Assembly: GCF_036588685.1 (NCBI RefSeq)
Contig: NC_086373.1
Span: forward strand, 38,006,001 to 38,070,000
Length of the DNA stretch: 64,000 bases
Source of the DNA: Mytilus trossulus
Lineage: Eukaryota
Direction of reading: 5' to 3'
The stretch's first letter is position 1; each line of letters opens with the position of its first letter. The position numbers were made by a program, and so were the translations under genes. The notes below the pieces were generated by a model, which saw only the letters and a list, made by a program, of their open reading frames with translations, made no database searches and was not told the DNA's origin. Positions 28,901-40,900 of the stretch are shown here, in pieces.

Positions 28901-31900
28901 CCGATAGAAACAACCAAAGAAGATTCGATAGAAACATTTTTCGATGATTATAACAGGTTGAAAAATCCAGATAAATTTCAGTATTAAGATATTTGAAGTT
29001 GTTTACCAAATTTAATGACAATAATAAAACTGCAAATTTTAAACATTTTTTTTTGTTCTGAGTTCTGAATTTATTTTAAAGAGAATTACAGTGGAAGTAT
29101 TCATATTCTTTTTATCTTTTAGAGCACCTAACAATATCAGTAAACCCGTCAAATGGCACTGCTATTTACGGAGACGTCTCGTACACGATTGAGTGTACTA
29201 TAAGTGGCATTCCCCAGGCTACATCATGGTCTTGGTTAAAGAGACTCACCACAGGCGGCGAATTGACAACAATATCTGCTGGCAGCAAATATACTATAGT
29301 AAATTCTGCCACTCTTCCGCATTTAACTATCAACAATATAGTGGAGGATGACGAAAAGGACTATTTTTGTCAAGGGACCAATGATGCAGGAACACAAACC
29401 AGTATACACGCAAGGCTTATTGTTAATGGAGGTTAGTTCTTAGTTTCAGCTGATCAAGTATGTTAGAAATAGATTGTAAAAAAACTGGAAGCAGTTGTCC
29501 TCACCTCATTTTTCGTAATTGCTAGCTATTGTAACAATGGAAGAAAAACAGGCCAATTTGGGACATAATATAGTATTTGGTCTGAAAACAAAGTTATCGT
29601 CCTTTTGGATTTCGTTGTCCACGAATATAGTTCCTAGTGTGGACAGTGTGTTGCTTGTCAATTTTTGTATACGTCTTTCAAATGCATTTCTTCATGTTTT
29701 ATGTCTCAAATAGCAAGTAAGGGCTGAAATTACACTGTAAAACCATTTCGGTCCTGAATTTTAAAGTAAAGTAGTGATTTGGTCTAGCTGAAGAAGGTTA
29801 AAAATTAGAACATCGGAAGTTGTCAAAAGATTGTATGACCCCCTTTACATATAATTGTTCATATTTTGAGTAAGACAGGATCAAGTAATCTTTAATTTGG
29901 ATATATATTTTCCAAAAGTAGTACAACACTGTTAAGATATTATTCATAAAGTGCAGATGGTATTTTTTTATTTTCATTTATTTTCTTAAAGAAATGCAGT
30001 ACGAAATAACCGTGAACGCATACCCTTTTGATGCCGTTGTAGTTTCTTATTACAAATTAGTACATGAATTGCATACAATTTACTTCTATGTGATAAATAA
30101 AGATATTTTGTATTGCAATTTTGGAATTGTTATGTAAAAAATGATTTTATGCATCCCTTTAGAAGGTTTGACACCTAGTCTCTTTTGAACAGCTTAAGAA
30201 CAAAGCCCGAAATCTTGCTGAAAGGTAATATAAGTCATGTTTATGTAAAATTGTCTCTTGATTGATTTGTTTTGATTTCTTTTAACAATGACTTCACTTT
30301 CCAATATCTTTTCAGATTTACTGAATGTTACTATTTCTCCAGCTTATACTGATGTCCTTGAGGGACAATCTCAGTTAATCACATGTAATGTAACTGGAAT
30401 ACCGACAGCTACGTCCATTACATGGTTGTTCACACCAACTGGTTCTAATCAGTCACATTCCTTAAACATAAGCAATGCAGATGAATATTCTGGTGGCACC
30501 ATTCACGATCCTTCCTTAACGGTACTAGATTTTCAATTGTCTGATGGCGGTACATATGAATGTTTTGCTACAAATGCTGTTGGAACAAGCAACAGCTCAT
30601 CTTCAGTTCTTAGATTCATTCGTGAGTATATATATTAAATCTCAATGTAAAGTGCTATATCAAATTCATATGTCGAGAAAAAAAGGATTTTACTTTGAAC
30701 TCATTTCAGAAATCTCAATATATTTGGTTTGTTTGTTTCTTTTATCGTCTCACCATTACACATCATGTTACAGAGGGACATTATGACTTACATTTAGTGA
30801 TCATTTTTTTATCTTTCAATCTAAAAAATACAAAAATGATGATTAAAGATTCTCGTTCCCAAAGACATTCCGATAGAAACAACCAAAGAAGATTCGATAG
30901 AAACATTTTTCGATGATTATAACAGGTTGAAAAATCCAGATAAATTTCAGTATTAAGATATTTGAAGTTGTTTACCAAATTTAATGACAATAATAAAACT
31001 GCAAATTTTAAACATTTTTTTTTGTTCTGAGTTCTGAATTTATTTTAAAGAGAATTACAGTGGAAGTATTCATATTCTTTTTATCTTTTAGAGCACCTAA
31101 CAATATCAGTAAACCCGTCAAATGGCACTGCTATTTACGGAGACGTCTCGTACACGATTGAGTGTACTATAAGTGGCATTCCCCAGGCTACATCATGGTC
31201 TTGGTTAAAGAGACTCACCACAGGCGGCGAATTGACAACAATATCTGCTGGCAGCAAATATACTATAGTAAATTCTGCCACTCTTCCGCATTTAACTATC
31301 AACAGTATAGTGGAGGATGACGAACAGGACTATTTTTGTCAAGGGACCAATGATGCAGGAACACAAATCAGTATACACGCAAGGCTTATTGTTAATGGAG
31401 GTTAGTTCTTAGTTTCAGCTGATCAAGTATGTTAGAAATAGATTGTAAAAAAACTGGAAGCAGTTGTCCTCACCTCATTTTTCGTAATTGCTAGCTATTG
31501 TAACAATGGAAGAAAAACAGTCCAATTTGGGACATAATATAGTATTTGGTCTGAAAACAAAGTTATCGTCCTTTTGGATTTCGTTGTCCACGAATATAGT
31601 TCCTAGTGTGGACAGTGTGTTGCTTGTCAATTTTTGTATACGTCTTTCAAATGCATTTCTTCATGTTTTATGTCTCAAATAGCAAGTAAGGGCTGAAATT
31701 ACACTGTAAAACCATTTCGGTCCTGAATTTTAAAGTAAAGTAGTGATTTGGTCTAGCTGAAGAAGGTTAAAAATTAGAACATCGGAAGTTGTCAAAAGAT
31801 TGTATGACCCCCTTTACATATAATTGTTCATATTTTGAGTAAGACAGGATCAAGTAATCTTTAATTTGGATATATATTTTCCAAAAGTAGTACAACACTG

Positions 31901-34900
31901 TTAAGATATTATTCATAAAGTGCAGATGGTATTTTTTTATTTTCATTTATTTTCTTAAAGAAATGCAGTACGAAATAACCGTGAACGCATACCCTTTTGA
32001 TGCCGTTGTAGTTTCTTATTACAAATTAGTACATGAATTGCATACAATTTACTTCTATGTGATAAATAAAGATATTTTGTATTGCAATTTTGGAATTGTT
32101 ATGTAAAAAATGATTTTATGCATCCCTTTAGAAGGTTTGACACCTAGTCTCTTTTGAACAGCTTAAGAACAAAGCCCGAAATCTTGCTGAAAGGTAATAT
32201 AAGTCATGTTTATGTAAAATTGTCTCTTGATTGATTTGTTTTGATTTCTTTTAACAATGACTTCACTTTCCAATATCTTTTCAGATTTACTGAATGTTAC
32301 TATTTCTCCAGCTTATACTGATGTCCTTGAGGGACAATCTCAGTTAATCACATGTAATGTAACTGGAATACCGACAGCTACGTCCATTACATGGTTGTTC
32401 ACACCAACTGGTTCTAATCAGTCACATTCCTTAAACATAAGCAATGCAGATGAATATTCTGGTGGCACCATTCACGATCCTTCCTTAACGGTACTAGATT
32501 TTCAATTGTCTGATGGCGGTACATATGAATGTTTTGCTACAAATGCTGTTGGAACAAGCAACAGCTCATCTTCAGTTCTTAGATTCATTCGTGAGTATAT
32601 ATAAGAAATGTCAATGTAAAGTGCTATATCAAATTCATATGTCGTAAAGAAAGGTATTTTACTTTGAACTCATTTCAGAAATCTCAATATATTTGGTTTG
32701 TTTGTCCCTTTTATCGTCTCACCATTACACATCATGTTAGAGAGAGACATTATGACTTACATTAAGTGATCATTTTTTATCTTTCAATCTAAAAAATACA
32801 AAAATGATGATTAAAGATTCTCGTTCCCAAAGACATTCCGATAGAAACAACCAAAGAAGTTTCGATAGAAACATTTTTCAAAGATTATAACAGGTTGAAA
32901 TATCCAGATACATTTCAGGAGTATTAAATCTTTTGAAGTCGTTTATCTAATTTTATGACAATAGTAAAACTGCAAATTTTACACATTTTATTTTGTTCTG
33001 AGCTCTGAATTTATTTTAAAGGGAATTCCAGTGAAAGTTTTACATATTCTTTTTATTTTTTTAGAGCACCTAACATTATCAGTAAATCCGTCAAATGGCA
33101 CTGCTATTTACGGAGACGTCTCGTTCACGATTGAGTGTACTATAATTGTGTTTTTCCGCGTTTCGTTTAGTATAGCGGGAAAATATTGTATTGACGGGTA
33201 CGGTTCGTATGAATATAACATAGGGTCACACTTAGTGACCAATGGGTATACTTTCTGGTAGTAAAGCCTAGGGTCACTTTCTAGCTGTCGTGCAACGAGT
33301 GAACACTCAACTTTAACTTTTGATGCACATGTATAAATGTTGATATTTTTACAGCATTTAATTTGCCAGTACACACATGTTTTATGTCTAGCTGAAGAAG
33401 GTTAAAAATTAGAACATCGGAAGTTGTCAAAAGATGTTATGACCACCAATGACATAGACTTATCCATGTTTTGATTTAGACAGGATCAAGAAATCTATAA
33501 TTTAGATATTTATTTTTCCGAAAGTAGTACAACACGCTGTTAAAATATTACTCATAAAGCGCAGATGGTATTTTTTTTATTTTCAAGTATTGTCTAAAAG
33601 AAACGCACTACGAAATAACCGTGTACGCATACCATTTAAATGCCGTTGTACAGTTTCTTATTACAAATTAGTACATGAATTGCATACACATTTACTTCTA
33701 TGTGATAAATAATGAATAGTTCTATTGCTATTTTACAATTGTTATGTTGAAAATGATTTAATGCATCCCTTTAGAAGAGTTGATGCCTAGTCTCTTTGTA
33801 ACAGTTTAAGAACAAAGCCCGAAATCTTGCAGAAATGCAATATAACTCATTTTTATGTAAAATCGTCTCGTGATTTGTTTGTTATGATCTCTCTTTAACA
33901 ATGACTACACTTTCCATTATCTTTTCAGATTTACAGAATGTTACTATTTCCCCAGCTTATGTTGATGTCCTTGAGGGACAATCTCACATAATCACAGGTA
34001 ATGTAACTGGAATACCGACAGCTACATCCATTACATGGTTGTTCACACCAACTGGTTTTATTCCGTCAAATGTCTTAAACATAAGCAATACCGATAAATA
34101 TTCTGGTGGCACCATTCGGAATCCTTCCTTAACGGTACTAGATTTTCAATTCTCTGATGGCGGTACATATGAATGTTATGCTTCAAATGCTTTTGGAACA
34201 TGCAACAGCTTATCTTCAGTTCTTAGATTTAATTCGTGTGTATTTATAAGAAATGTCAATGTAAAGTATTATATCATATTCATATGTAAAAAAAAACAGA
34301 ATTTACTTTGAATTCATTTCAGAAATCTCAATATATTCCGTTTGTTTGTTCCTTTTATCGTGTCAGTCTAGTCTGTCTACGGCAAATAATGCATAAATCT
34401 AAACAAATTGCAACAGAAATGGTTTCAACAGTTTTATAATACCAAGCATGACACAATCATATATTAAAAGTCTAAAAAAATCGTACGATCGGAAATCCCC
34501 ATTTTGGGCTAAAAACATTAATTTTAACCAAAAATCGATGAAAATTGTGAAGAAAAAAAAAAATCGGAATTTTAGCACTATGTTAGCCAAACAAATGTCA
34601 AAAACGAATTAAGATGACTAAAATAAGTACAAAGAACATTTCCGAAGTAAAATTTACAATCCAGATTAAGAACTTATTGGTAGAATTAACCCTTTTAATG
34701 ATAAAATCACAAAAAAATGCAAAAAAAACGATATATTCGAGATTCATATATGGCTGTTTTTAAACGTTTTATTTTGAAGGCAGCTTTAAACTAAAAACAT
34801 TAAACACAATTATTTACAATTATTTGCGAATAGGAAAAAGAAAACAAACAGTAATTTTATTGAAAATCTTTTTATCTATCATCGAAATTAGCTCAAAATT

Positions 34901-37900
34901 ACCCCTCCCCCCAAAATAAAAATGAAATAAATTTCTAAATAAAATGTATTAATGTTAGATTTGTTACAACATTCATTGAATTAATATCATAAACTGCCTA
35001 AACTGTTCAATAATTGATTACTTTGTTTTAACTTGGTTACTTTTGTTATCATCAAAAAGTATTAGAATAATAAATACAATTTCTGAAAAATTTATCTTTG
35101 AAAATATTTGATTTTGTTTTAATTTAACAAAAAAACAGACAATTTTTATATAAGTCTTCCTAATGTCTGGTTAAATGTCTCTGTAATGTACATGCATATT
35201 GATGCATTCACATATCGTCAAGTTCGGCGGCTTCTGTAATGTTACTTGTATTGGAACAATTCATTCCCCGACATTCCCCACATGCTGGGGAACAGTCTAT
35301 TCCGTGTTTGCGACATGAGCATCGTTTTGTGTCACAATTCAATTTGCAATTACATCTGATTATCCTAAGAAGCTTTTCGGGAGCCGATGGTAGTAATGCT
35401 CTAATTGGAAGCAATTTGTTGTCCTCAACATGCCAACCCCAGTCCTCTGGACCGTTGCTTCTAGGTTTTTCAAAACATCCGATTCACCCGCTTCTGAAGC
35501 TGACAGCTCTACAGAGGATAATTGAGAATATAATTCATCAATTTCCTTCATTTCAGTTGTTTGAAGGGTTGAATTGGGTTCTTCCAAAAGTTTAGATACG
35601 TCAATATTAAATATATCTGCAATCAACAAACAATAAAGTGCTGTATCCACCAACATGTGACCTCTAAACGCTCTAGCTACAGCTTTTCCGCTAAGGATAT
35701 GCGTGAATGCATTCGGAGCGTATATGAGATCTAACATCTCTTTCAAACCAGTATTACTCATAAGATTCCCTATTGAGCCGAGGAAGCTCATCTCTGTGTG
35801 GAATGGCCATAATCGTAAAAACATAGACTTCAAGTTGCTTCCTGGATTTTCGTTTTCAATAATTGATAAAGCTTTCGAATACAGAGGTTGATCAAAAGTC
35901 AAAATCGCTGGTATGTCATAACGCTTTGCTTGGTTGGCGACGAAGTTCAATGTAGAATAGATACATGTCATGTCCGAAGCATTCAAATCTATCATGAAAC
36001 TGATGATTTTCCTGGGTAGTCTCCCGTCTGAACCATCTGCATGAAGCCAGACCACATTGGTATTGGAAACTTTAAAGGCCAAATAATAACCGACAGCAGA
36101 TCAAGACGGAAAGTCTTATCCAGTGTGTTTAGGTTTTTTAACTCAAGCATAACTTAATTCAGCCATACGATCTGATTGAGGTTTGTAATATTTGATCTCT
36201 ATCTTTGCTAATGCCTTCATTTCATCAGTAGAAAAAGCTATTCTAGGAATGGGTTGTGTCTCTTCGTACCAGGCGTAATTCCAGCTATTATGCACATGCC
36301 ATGAAAAGTGTTGAGGTCATCTATCGTTCTTGTGTTGTGGTCAACGTTATCTGCTACAAATTGTACAAAGCTGTTGCTTATATCGCCTGGAAGGTCAACT
36401 CCTTGTACAGCTACAGTACTTGATTCAAACTTCTGGACTTCATAGTATGAGGAACAAAATCCTAAGCTGTTCAATGTGGACACAAGAAATCGTGAAGCGG
36501 AGTTGTGATGCACCTGTACTCCTAGACCGAGTTGAAGCGGTGTTATAAGTGCTCGAGGTCGTGAGGCTTGCATTACTGCTTGTCCTATGGAAGCTATTTT
36601 CACCGATGGATCTTTCTCAGAAAATATATTAGAAAGAAATGATAGCAGGCTTTCGGGTAAGTATGATAGATTATTATCAAATGATGCAATGTTGGCTGGA
36701 GTTGGATAGATAGACTTTGTGGTATTTACAGATCGGATGTCGCTTTTTATCAGTTTGACAGCTGCTCTGATTGTACGAATCACATAAAGTTTAACTTAGG
36801 GCGAAGAGATGAGTATGCGAGTTAACCATGTATCTATCTTTTATTCTTTTATAAAATCATATGGTCGCTAACAATCGATTCTCTACAAATAAAGAATAAT
36901 TTTACATAAGTAAAAATACATAAATTATAATAAGATGCACATGTTTAAGTATTCACATTAAACTAAACAAACAATAAAAACCATTTCATTCATGTATCAT
37001 AATTTCTCTCGTAAGTTAAATTACGTTTAAAATAATAATTAAAAGTTACGCATATTTCTAATAAATAGTACACAATGTTTTCTCTCTTTAAATAAGTTTT
37101 GATATAATAAAAAGATAGTATACATAAAAAGTTTCTTACCAACTTTAATCTGTCTAATAAAACAATGTGCATCCGTATGTTATCAAAATAAAGTCTAGAC
37201 GACGAAGCGCACATCAAAGGCGTAACGTCATAAAACAGAAACGGGAAAATGTGTTGTTCAAAAGAGCGCAACGTTACATTAGCGCTTTCATAAATAAATA
37301 GTAAAAACTGTGTTTCTTATTCTTACAAGAATAAATGAATATGTTAGTTAAACATTTAATAAATAATAAATTTATATTTAAAATTTGAATATTTCAAATC
37401 TTACACTCCCCACAATGAAATTACCAAATAATTTCTTAATACAGTTAGAAAAATATATTACAATTTTGTCACCAATAAAAAATAGTTCTATTTAGAACAC
37501 TCGAGTAAGCATAGTTTATTTGTGTCTCAAATCTGTGACTGACTAGTTTTGACCACACAGCTACGGATATGACCATGACGGCTCCTTGTGATCTCGACTA
37601 TTCTACCCGTTATCCTCTCTGTATATCATCAGCAACTAAAACAATATCGTCTATTTCAACATCTTGTTGTTCCCTCTGCCATTTGCTTCTTTGCTGCGGC
37701 TTTCTTTCCCCTCCTTTTGTTTCCTCTTTTCTCGCTTTTTTGGATGGAGACCTTGCCCTTTTCTTTCCCCTTCGTGGGTTCTTGGAACGAGCACGTTTTG
37801 CTGCCTTTCCCGGGGAGGCGAATGCTGACCTGCTCCTGCTCCTTCTGTTGGACATGGACTTGGATGAACGATGAGTTGGGCTTGGCATCCGTCTTGCTGG

Positions 37901-40900
37901 GTGATATAAGACTGACTCCGTCATTTTCATAGCCTCTGTATCATCTGTAGACAAGCAATTCTTATCTTCTCGTGCTCTATCATCATTTATAACATTTGAC
38001 GCATGCATATCTTCAATAGGACCACGAATAGCCCATCCGAGGCGTGAGCGAATTGCATATGGTTGGTTTTCGTTACCGGACCTTACTTCTAGCGGAATGT
38101 GAGCGTTAGGTGAATCTGTACCTATTAACAACATGACCTCGGTTAAATCAGTAGAGGGTATCTGTATATCGGCTAAATACGGCAATTTTCTTATATCTAC
38201 ATTTTCTGCGGCAGATCGAGCAGAAATTGGAAGCTTCTTAACTGACCAGACCTTTTTTAACGACACGTTATCATTTCCGTCAATAGCTTTTACTTGTAAG
38301 TCAACTTCTTGACCGTGAATTGTACTACCAGAAGAGCTAACAGTAGACATCTCGAAAGTGACCGGCTTGCTGGCTATATTTAATTTCTGAAGTAATCGTT
38401 CATCACATAAAGTTTTATCTGCTCCGTCATCTAGCAAGGCAAATGTTTTGCAAGAGTTACCGTTCTGACCCTTAACGAGGACAGGAACAATTCCTAAACA
38501 GTTCTTAATCATAGAACCTTTAGTAGCTGCGCAATTTACTGACTGCTGAGTAGCTGCATGATCAAAACCGGGCTGAGACCAACTATGCAATAAAATATTA
38601 TGCTTAACATTACAGTCAGATACAGTGCATGCTTTTGATTTTCTACAATTGTTAGCAAAATACTTCCCTTTTAAACAATTATAACACAATTTTAACATGC
38701 GTACTAATTTATACCTATCATCTAAACTCATTGACTTAAATTTGCTACAAGATGTCAAATCTACACATGTACCTGTACAACATTTACATTTTTGCTCATA
38801 TTTAGCTGTGTTATCTAAACTTTGAGTACTTAACGTAGAAACCTTACTATTAACTGTATCATTATTATGATGTTTACTTGTAAAAACCCTATTATCAGTC
38901 TTGTTCTGATTGTTTTCTCTACAAATATCGTACCCATACATAGAACTAGCAATGCGTGATTTTTCGTCTACAAATTTTGCTAAGTCAGAAAAACGAGGTT
39001 CTCTACCAGACTCGCTAATTGAATGAGCAATATCGACCCATCTTGTTCTCATATGCATTGGAAAGCGTTTAACAATACACCTTAAATTTTCAGAATTATC
39101 AATATCTGAATTAAAACCTAACTGAGACAATGTGATTTCACATTTTTGCATTTCTAATGCCAATTTAGATAAACCTTCAATATCTGACGCTTTAATCTGA
39201 GCGCCGTACACTAATTTTTCAATAAATGATCTAGCAATTACATGTGGCCTACCGTATCGGGAGTACAATATTGCCCTAGCACGTTTGTAACCCTCATCAG
39301 AATCTAATAATACACAATCTTCTATACAACACTTTGCTTCACCTCTACAGTACTGAATTAAATAACTCAGTCTCAAACTATTATCACTTATTCTACCTTC
39401 AATGTTTGTCTCAAAGTTCCGTATAAACTTACTATAGTCTAACGGAGTTCCATTAAAAGTTAATAATTCTGGTTTTGGCTAATTAAACCCTTCGTGAAGT
39501 GTAGATGCTAGGCGTTGAAAAGCCGAATCTATGCTGGAAACACTTACATCCGAAAATCCAGACTGAGCACTGATTCCCTGTGTACTGTTATTAATGTTCA
39601 TCTTTGGTTTATCAGTTGCTGCAGTTTGTCCGGAAAGAGAGTTCATTTTAATACACTTTTCACTCGCAGGAACAGAGCTCTGTAATGTTTGCGAGACTGT
39701 TGCGAAATGTTCCGAATGTTCACGATTCCACTGGTATTATCTGTGTCTTCTTCCACTGCTTCTTGCCACACTGATTCTTCGATATTTGCCTCTTCCATCT
39801 CGGATAGTTGATTAAATACCTGTTGTCTAAATTTAATTTCTATTTGTGCACGCTCTAGTTCATGCTGTTCTGATAATTTCCTGAGTTTAAGTTCTGCGAT
39901 TAGCCGCTTAGCTTTGGCACTGCGAAATCTAGATTGTGATGAAACTGAAGATCGTGAACTCAAACTGCTTTCAATTGAAACTGTATCACTTTCTTCGGGT
40001 ATTTCCTCTTCATGCGATTTTTCACTCGCGATATACTGAGAAAATCTATCCCGGAATTCTACAAAGTTCTCATGACAACGTTCATAGTTCACTTCCAAAT
40101 TTGCTATAACTTCTGATTGTGTACACAAATCTAAACACTGTAAGTGTGCTAACTTAAATTGTTCAAACCTTTCACATAACTTTGAATATAATTGTTTTGC
40201 ATGTTCCACGTTCTCATATGAAATTAAATTCTTCTCCAATTCTTTGTACAATTTAGTAAGCTGCGCTAAATTCGTACTACGAGTCCGTTTTGCATCACTG
40301 AAGTCCAGACAGTCTTCTTTCCGTCTATCGGTAGCCATTTTTTTAACAAATATTCAAAATTCGGCACAATTTTAGAATTTCCTCCTCTCCAGAGTTGAGA
40401 ATTGTACGAATCACATAAAGTTTAACTTAGGGCGAAGAGATGAGTATGCGAGTTAACCATGTCTCTATCTTTTATTCTTTTATAAAAATCATATGGTCGC
40501 TAACAATCGATTCTCTACAAATAAAGAATAATTTTACATAAGTAAAAATACATAAATTATAATAAGATGTACATGTTTAAGTATTCACATTAACCTAAAC
40601 AAACAATAAACACCATTTCATTCATGTATCATAATTTCTCTCGTAAGTTAAATTACGTTTAAAATAATTATTAAAAGTTACGCATATTTCTAATAAATAG
40701 TACACAATGTTTTCTCTCTTTAAATAAGTTTTGATATAATAAAAAGATAGTATACATAAAAAGTTTCTTACCAACTTTAATCTATCTAATAAAACAATGT
40801 GCATCCGTATGTTATCAAAATAAAGTCTAGACGACGAAGCGCACATCAAAGGCGTAACGTCATAAAACAGAAACGGGAAAATGTGTTGTTCAAAAGAGCG

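Larger units (their letters stand above)
11650..34360 (+). repeat. Tandem array of ~1.97-kb units (intron + Ig exon A + intron + Ig exon B). The 12th unit resumes at ~43373-44940 after the transposon insertion.
   Basis: A-exon ORFs recur at 12437, 14404, 16372, 18341, 20312, 22282, 24251, 26219, 28320, 30288, 32257 and 33901. Introns are nearly identical between units. Confidence 0.97.

Noticed and set aside
13609-31682. Recurrent short ORFs (MLAIVTMEEKQ..., MSLNLVNNFK..., MAVHMNVLL...)
   Set aside because: Intronic or off-frame ORFs repeated only because the unit is repeated; broken by indels in several units.
12465-32590. Dscam-like mutually exclusive exon cluster generating receptor diversity
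   Set aside because: Exons alternate A-B, are nearly identical, and every one has compatible phase-1 sites with normal-length introns. This fits constitutive tandem domains, not alternatives.
36990-37271. 93-aa ORF duplicated at 40622-40903
   Set aside because: Lies within the LTRs, has a non-ATG start and no recognisable motif.
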